This document shows positions 63,400-64,000 of a DNA stretch of 64,000 bases, in pieces. A model generated the notes under the pieces. The model made no database searches. It was not told the DNA's origin and saw nothing but the letters and a program-made list of their open reading frames with translations. This stretch comes from Eledone cirrhosa (Eukaryota), in the NCBI GenBank assembly GCA_964016885.1, contig OZ024743.1:78306001-78370000 (forward strand). Reading direction: 5' to 3'. Made by a program: the position numbers and the translations under genes. Each line of letters starts with the position of its first letter. Positions within the stretch are counted from its first letter, which is position 1.

Positions 63400-64000
63400 G
63401 AGGGGTGGGGGGACACAATATTAATTTATTATACATATCATGACGATGGGATGGGTGGTGTAGGTATACTATTAGCTGACAAGTGGGTAGATAAAGTAAT
63501 CTCAGTGTACAGGGTAAATGCAAGAATCATTAAACTCAGACTAGTCCTGAATAAGACAATTACCACAATAATATCAGCTTACGCACCCCAATCGGGGCTG
63601 CCAGACGAACTTAAGGATAGGTTTTACGAGTCCCTAATACACACTACTGCTCTAACAGACGACAAGGACTTCCTAATCATTGCAGGAGATTTTAACGGAC
63701 ACGTAGGTAAACACTGCGACGGCTTCAATAGAGTACATGGAGGCCATGGAGTTGGCACAAGGAATGAGGAAGGATTCAGACTTCTAGAATTCTGCGACGC
63801 CAATGACATGTCGATATGTAACACAAACTTTAAAAAACCCGACAACCACCTGATCACCTATAGATCAGGGGAGCACTCTAGTCAGTTAGATTTTATCCTC
63901 ATCAGAGGACGTGACAGATGGACGGTCGTAAACACAAAAGCCTTCCCTAGTGAGGAATGTACATCCCAACATAGCTTAGTTGTCAGCGACCTCACGGTCA
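63400..64000 (+). mobile_element. RTE LINE endonuclease region
   Basis: GVGIL..ISAYAPQ..AGDFNGHVG..NTNFKK..SQLDF..QHSLVVSD in an unreported frame. Confidence 0.85.

Overview
AT-rich, microsatellite-dense eukaryotic DNA, most likely a cephalopod (octopus-like SINE and RTE content; this is inferred, not proven). The only host gene I can support is the 5' part of a + strand SLC22/organic cation transporter-like MFS gene: six coding exons between 43493 and 63299 with consistent splice phases. The rest is transposon-derived. It includes a full-length Tx1/L1-clade LINE with a 23-bp TSD plus truncated relatives, several RTE LINEs carrying a PHD-like finger, a decayed Rep/helicase Helitron with non-autonomous relatives, a DD36E Tc1-like transposon, a complete Chapaev3-type transposon (TIRs and TTA TSD), solo LTRs, SINEs, MITEs and two Penelope-like (GIY-YIG) remnants. 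The most notable hidden signal is about 18 type I hammerhead ribozyme motifs from about 11 unrelated sequence families. They sit in non-coding tandem or fold-back repeats that resemble Penelope pLTRs or retrozymes. Features include compensatory stem changes between copies, a U3-A8 core variant, and element or inversion breakpoints that repeatedly fall at or next to the predicted cleavage site. All coordinates were read by eye and may be off by a few bases.
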